This document shows, piece by piece, positions 58,801-64,000 of a stretch of DNA of 64,000 nt. The notes under the pieces were generated by a model. That model worked only from the letters and a program-made list of their open reading frames with translations. It ran no database searches and was not told the DNA's origin. Position numbers and translations under genes: made by a program. How positions within the stretch are numbered: position 1 is the stretch's first letter; every line of letters begins with the position of its first letter. The DNA is from Cetorhinus maximus. Taxonomy: Eukaryota. Where the stretch lies: assembly GCF_964194155.1 (NCBI RefSeq), contig NC_135888.1, forward strand, positions 134,106,001-134,170,000, written 5' to 3'.

Positions 58801-60711
58801 TTACTTCCCTAACAGCACTGTGGGTGTACCTACACCACAGGGACTACAGCGGTTCAAGGCAGCAGCTCACCGCCACCACCTTCTAAAGGGCATTCGGGGA
58901 GGGGCAATAAATGCTGGCCTAGCCAGTGACGACCACATCCCATCAAAGTAATCATGCAAGGAGTTGAGCCATATGACAACTGTTTAAAAACCAGAGGAAA
59001 TAAGAGAGAAAAGTCAGATTCTCAGCAACAAAATATTAACATCTTTTGGGCTGGGGCGGGACTAACTATCTTCATGTGATGTGTCAGAGGCTAATGACCT
59101 CCTTGATGAATGGGAGATGTACATCAAATTTGTTGGCTCGATAATGATGTGTAGCTTTTTCACCCGAGTCAAAAGGAGACTTGTGCACAAAAATCAGGCC
59201 AGTGTTCTATGATCATTATTCTGAAGGAGGGCAGGGGATGTTCACCCCAGTGTCCTGGCCAATATTTATTCTTCCACTGGGAACACTAAAACAGGTTGTC
59301 TGATCGTTATTACACTGTGGGTGTGGGAATCATCCATGTTGGACTAAAAAAAGGATAGATCAGAAAACTTTTCATCATTTAGAAAGTAAAGAGTTCCCAA
59401 AGGCCCAGAGAAACTGGGGAGGGAGGTGGGGAGGTTCATTTATCATGTAGATGATTGAAATGTCATGCACAAGCATTGATTTTTTTATCATCAAAAAGGC
59501 AAATGGAGTGCTGGGCTTGCTACCTTGGGGACGAGAATGCAAAGAAGTAGAAGTTATGCAACAGCTTTCCAAAAGACTGGTTGGGCACACCTCGAGTAGC
59601 AGTTCAAAGCACCACACTTCAGGAAGGGTATATTGGCCTTGGAGGGTGTACAGTGTAGGTTTGCCAGAATGAAATCCAGATTCCAACAGGTTACAAGGAC
59701 TGATTGTACAAACTGGCCTGTTATTCCCTGAAATTTAGAGGATTAAGTGATGATTTGATCAAACATTTTGGGATATTATGGTGAACTGTTGGTGTGGATG
59801 CAGGGAGAGGCTATTCCCACAGGTCGGAGTCGGGGATTGGGGGACATAGCCAGACCCCTCGAGTGAAGTTGGAAAATGCTTCTGACACACACAGCATGGT
59901 CGGCATTTGGAGCTATAATTGGCAGTTAATGCTAGGTCACTTGTTGATTTTTATATCTGAAATTGACAGGGATTAAGGGATATGGGGTAAAGGTGGGTAT
60001 ACAGGGTCAGGATGCAGATCAGCCCTAATCTCATTGCATGGTGCAAGAAGCTTGAGGGGCTGAATGGCCTTTTCCTGTGCTACATGTTGGCCCTTGTGCA
60101 AAGTGCTGCATTTTCTACGTTGTAACAGGACTACACCTGACAAAAGGCACTACAGAAATGCATTGTCTTTTAGTATTCTTGTTTACTGTTGGCTCTTCGG
60201 ACAAGTTAGACTATAGATGTCGCCATTTATTCTGCAGGTTGGACTGGCCCCCCTCCTCTGACTGGGTCTGAGGTCTTCATTGGCAAGCTACCACAGGACC
60301 TCTACGAGGACAAGCTAATCCCATTGTTTCAGTCGGCTGGTAAACTCTACGAGTTCCGTCTCATGATGACATTCAGTGGTGAAAACCGAGGGTTCGCATA
60401 TGCGAAGTATGCCAATCGCTGGTATGCCCAGTGTGCCATTGCAATGTTTAATGGCTACCAAATACGTGACGGGTTCCCCATGGTGGTGTGCAGGAGCACT
60501 GAGAAAAATGAGCTGTGTGTCAGAGGCATCCCGTGGGGGAAGCAGAAACTGGAGGTACTGGAGGTGCTGAAGGAGCTGACAGAGGGAGTGACGGACTTGT
60601 CACTTCACCTGAATACAGACCGGAGGAAGAAGATGATGATGATGATGCTTGCTGTTGTCAAGTATGAGAATCATCAGGCTGCAGCAATGGCGAAGAAGAG
60701 GCTTGTAGAAG
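55701..60711 (+). CDS. DND1: Dead end protein homolog 1 (germ-cell RRM RNA-binding protein), 5' part; terminal exon not found in the window
   Basis: Exons 55701-55821 and 60238-60711 join in frame. Diagnostic peptides [57 protein letters not shown]. Position downstream of HARS on the same strand matches human synteny. Confidence 0.93.
60238..60711 (+). CDS. DND1: DND1 large exon encoding RRM1 and most of RRM2
   Basis: Acceptor ttctgcag|; RNP1 motif RGFAYAKY; ends AKKRLVE-G|gtagag. Confidence 0.94.
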
Positions 60712-62769
60712 GTAGAGTTCACTCTGTCTTTAGAATATCAGTGCTAACTATTTTGGAAGCTTCTGTGCCCCCTTTGAAAATAACTTCATTTATCTGAACA
60801 CAGTCAACTAAGTAGTAGTATCCAAGTGATCAAAATCAACTTGGCTCATTTGATATCACCTTGATTAATTTGGTATCAATATTACCCGTGGTCAAAAGTA
60901 ATCCTTTTATACTCAAGTGATTAGTAGCTGGAACGTCAATGAAGGATGATTAAGGACAGTACAATGATTAGAATGTAGAACTGCTGCCAGCTGGAATAGT
61001 TTGTGCAAATGGCAGAGATGCCTTTGAGGGGCAGATAGATAAATTCGTAAGTCCCCTTGTTAATGTAAGTGGCAGCTCAGTGACTGACCGAGCTGGCCAT
61101 GGCCTGAAGGACAGACTGGGCCTGTGGCAGTTGGTGAGTGAACTAGCACAAAGGAAAAACCTACTTGACCTTGTCCTCATCAAGCAGTCTGTGTCCATGT
61201 GCAGCAAGAACTGGACAGCATTCAGGCTTGGGCTGATAAGTGGTAAGTAATATGTGTGCCCCACAAGTGCCAGATGATGTCCATCTCCAACAAGAGAGAG
61301 TCTAACCATTTCCTCTTGACATTCAACAGGATTACCAATGCATTTCATCTGCAATGTGCACGGTAGCAACTCGCCAAGGTTTCTTCGACAGCACCTTCCA
61401 AACCTGTAACCTCTACTACCTGGGAAGAACAAGCACAGCAAGCACATGGGAGCAACACCATCTGCAAGTCTCTAAGTCATTTGCCATCCTGACTTGGAAC
61501 TATATCACCATTCCTACATCAGCACCGGGGCAAAATCCTTGAGCTCCTTCCTTAACGGCACTGTAGGTGTACCTACACCGCACTGCAGCTCACCACCACC
61601 TTCTCAAGGGCAATTAGGGATGGGAAATAAAATCAAGCTTGTGTTCCATGAGCAAATAAAAGAAATAGGTTTTGTAGATGGGTTAGATGAGGTAAAGTGG
61701 GAGGAGGCTCACAGGAAGAATAAATATTGGGATAGACCAAGCCTTTTTGCGGGGCTGTAAACCTAAATATTCATTTTTAGATTAACATCGATAGGGTTGG
61801 TTCTGAAATTTGAGATCTAATGGGATGAAGAGCGTTCGTGATTCAAACCCTTGCATGTTAAATTTGTGGTGGGAAATGATATTTGAGTGACAAAATATCA
61901 GAAGATCCAAGTTGACATTTCTGCCTCTAGGTGATCGAATAGTGAATGTGAACTTGGAGGCCATTCAGCCTCTCAAGGCTGTTCTGTCTTTCAGTGAGAT
62001 TGTAGCTGATTTATACCTTAAAACTATCATCACATCTTGTCTCCATATCTCCTTAAAGGACAAGAATCTAGAATTCTCAGATTTAGTAATATAAATTTGA
62101 GCTGGTTGTGGGGGATAGTTCCACCCTTCTACTTACCTTTGTGTAAAGAAATGTGAATGTATTAACTTGGAGCCATTTCATTTCCAGTTCTGGGTTAGGG
62201 GAACCATAAAAGATTAAATTTGGCAATCCAGTGCTTAGTGGGGAGGAGTTGATTTTCTGGTTGTGTGGTAACTGCCTGTTATAGAAACCAAGCTGAAACA
62301 TTAATTTGGGTTCTTCAAGTAGGGTTCTGGGATCAAACCCACTCTTGGGTGAACTTCAGATACACAGAAAGATAGACAGATAGGAAGAATGCAGACGTAA
62401 AGACTTTATATTGTGCCTTGTCATACTTTTGAAGTAATGCCAAGTGGTGTTTCTGCATGCACTGTTTGACGTATTATTAATTGCAACTTGTCCATTTTGT
62501 GCACTGCAGGATAGAACGGACAGTGATGAGTTGAATAATAACCTATTCTTAGCAGTGGATGACTGAGGAAAGTTGGCAGGATCATTATTGATGAATTGGC
62601 GACATTTCCAAGAGATGAAATAAGATTCTCAATAACTGCAAGTCTGTCTGTCTTTTCTGTAGCTTATAGTTGGTTCAGGAGTTGGAACTTTACCAATTAA
62701 TATTGGAATTCAGAATCACTTCAGTAAAAAATATTGAGACGGGTTCTGAACTTTTAAAAAAAATTTAGT

Positions 62770-63855
62770 CTTTCATGGCAGGTCACTGGCTAGGCCAGCA
62801 TTTATTGCCCATCCCTAATTGCTCTTGGGAAGGTGATAATGAGCTGTCGTCATGGAACTCCTGCAGTCTATGTGGTGTAGGTAAACCCACAATCCTGTTT
62901 AGGAAGGGAGTTCCAGGATTTGAACCCAGTGACAGTGAAGGAACGGTGATATATTTCCAGGTCAGGATGGTGACTCGGAGGGGAGCTTCCAGGTGGTGGT
63001 GTTCCCAAATATCTGCTGCCCTTGTCCTTCTAGGTGGTAGAGGTTGTGGGTTTGAAAGGTGCTGTTGAAGGTGCCTTGGCAAGTTGCTGTGTTGCATCGT
63101 AGATAGTACACACTGCTGCCACTGTGCGTTGGTGCTGGAGGGAGTGGATGTTGACAGGGGCAGATGGGGTACCAATCAAGCGGGCTGCTTTGTCCTGGAT
63201 GATCTGGAGCTTTTTGAGTGTTGTTGAACCTGCACTCATCCAGACAAGTGGAGAGTATTCCATCACACTCCTGACTTGTGCCTTGTAGATAGTGGACAGG
63301 CTTGGAGAGTCAGGTGAGTTACTTGCTACAGAATTCCCAGGCCCTGACCTGCTCTTGTAGCCATAGTATTTATATGGCTCATCCAGTTCAGTTTCTGGTT
63401 AATAGTAACCCCCAGGATGTTGGTGGGGCATTCAGCGATGGTAGTGCCATTGAATGTCAAGGGGAAATGGTTAGATTCTGTATTGTTGGAGATGGTCATT
63501 GCCTGGCACTTGTGTGGTGCAAATGTTACTTGCCACTTGTCAGCCCAAGCCTGGATATTGTCCAGGTCTTGCTGCATGTGGACATGGACTGCTTCAGTAT
63601 CTGAGGAGTCACGAATGGTGCTGGACATTGTGCAATCTTCAGCGAACATCCCCACTTCAAGCTTATGATGGAAGGAAGGTCATTGATGAAGCAGCTGAAG
63701 ATGGTTGGGCCGAGGACACTACCCTGAGGAACTCCTGCAGTGATGTCCTGGAACTGAGATAATTGACCTCCAACAACCACAACCATCTTTTTGTGGAGAA
63801 TTTTCCCTCCGATTTCCATTGACACCAGTTTTGCTAGGGCTCCTTGACATCACAC
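62770..63855 (-). mobile_element. Second-family LINE fragment within a DND1 intron
   Basis: GVPQGSVLGPTIFSCFINDLP, MFAEDC, QQDLDNIQAWADKWQVTF. Confidence 0.85.
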
Positions 63856-64000
63856 TTCGTCTTTCTTATTTATTCTTTCATGGGATGTGGGAGTCACCTG
63901 GCAAGGCCAGCATTTGTTGCTCATCTCAAATTGCCTTTGAACTGAGTGACTTGTTAGGCCATTTCAGTGGGCAGCTAGGAGTCAACCACATTGCTGTGGA

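Noticed and set aside
60712-64000. Search for the terminal DND1 exon
   Set aside because: Only LINE and SINE fragments and AT-rich intron sequence were found; the exon presumably lies beyond the window.

Overview
Vertebrate genomic DNA; the repeat content (CR1 LINEs, tRNA-headed and Deu-domain SINEs, Penelope relics) points to a cartilaginous fish. The window holds a complete 13-exon histidyl-tRNA synthetase gene (HARS, + strand, 4808-37878, 511 aa) with a U12-type intron 4. Downstream on the same strand is the 5' part of the germ-cell gene DND1 (promoter about 54120-54200, coding exons 55701-55821 and 60238-60711; last exon not found in the window). Short minus-strand exons upstream suggest an unidentified divergent gene sharing the CpG/NRF1 promoter. 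The most interesting signal is in HARS intron 1: a phase-0 exon (12953-13063) encoding a mitochondrial-presequence-like peptide, which lies inside a 333-nt stretch with no AG dinucleotide. This suggests a dual-targeting switch under unusual splicing control. Other notable items are a CR1 LINE with an open ORF2, decayed hammerhead ribozymes in Penelope-like relics, a solo LTR with a TSD, a roughly 370-bp local inverted duplication and an R-to-Q change in the DND1 HRAAAMA motif. All calls were made by eye; repeat boundaries are approximate.
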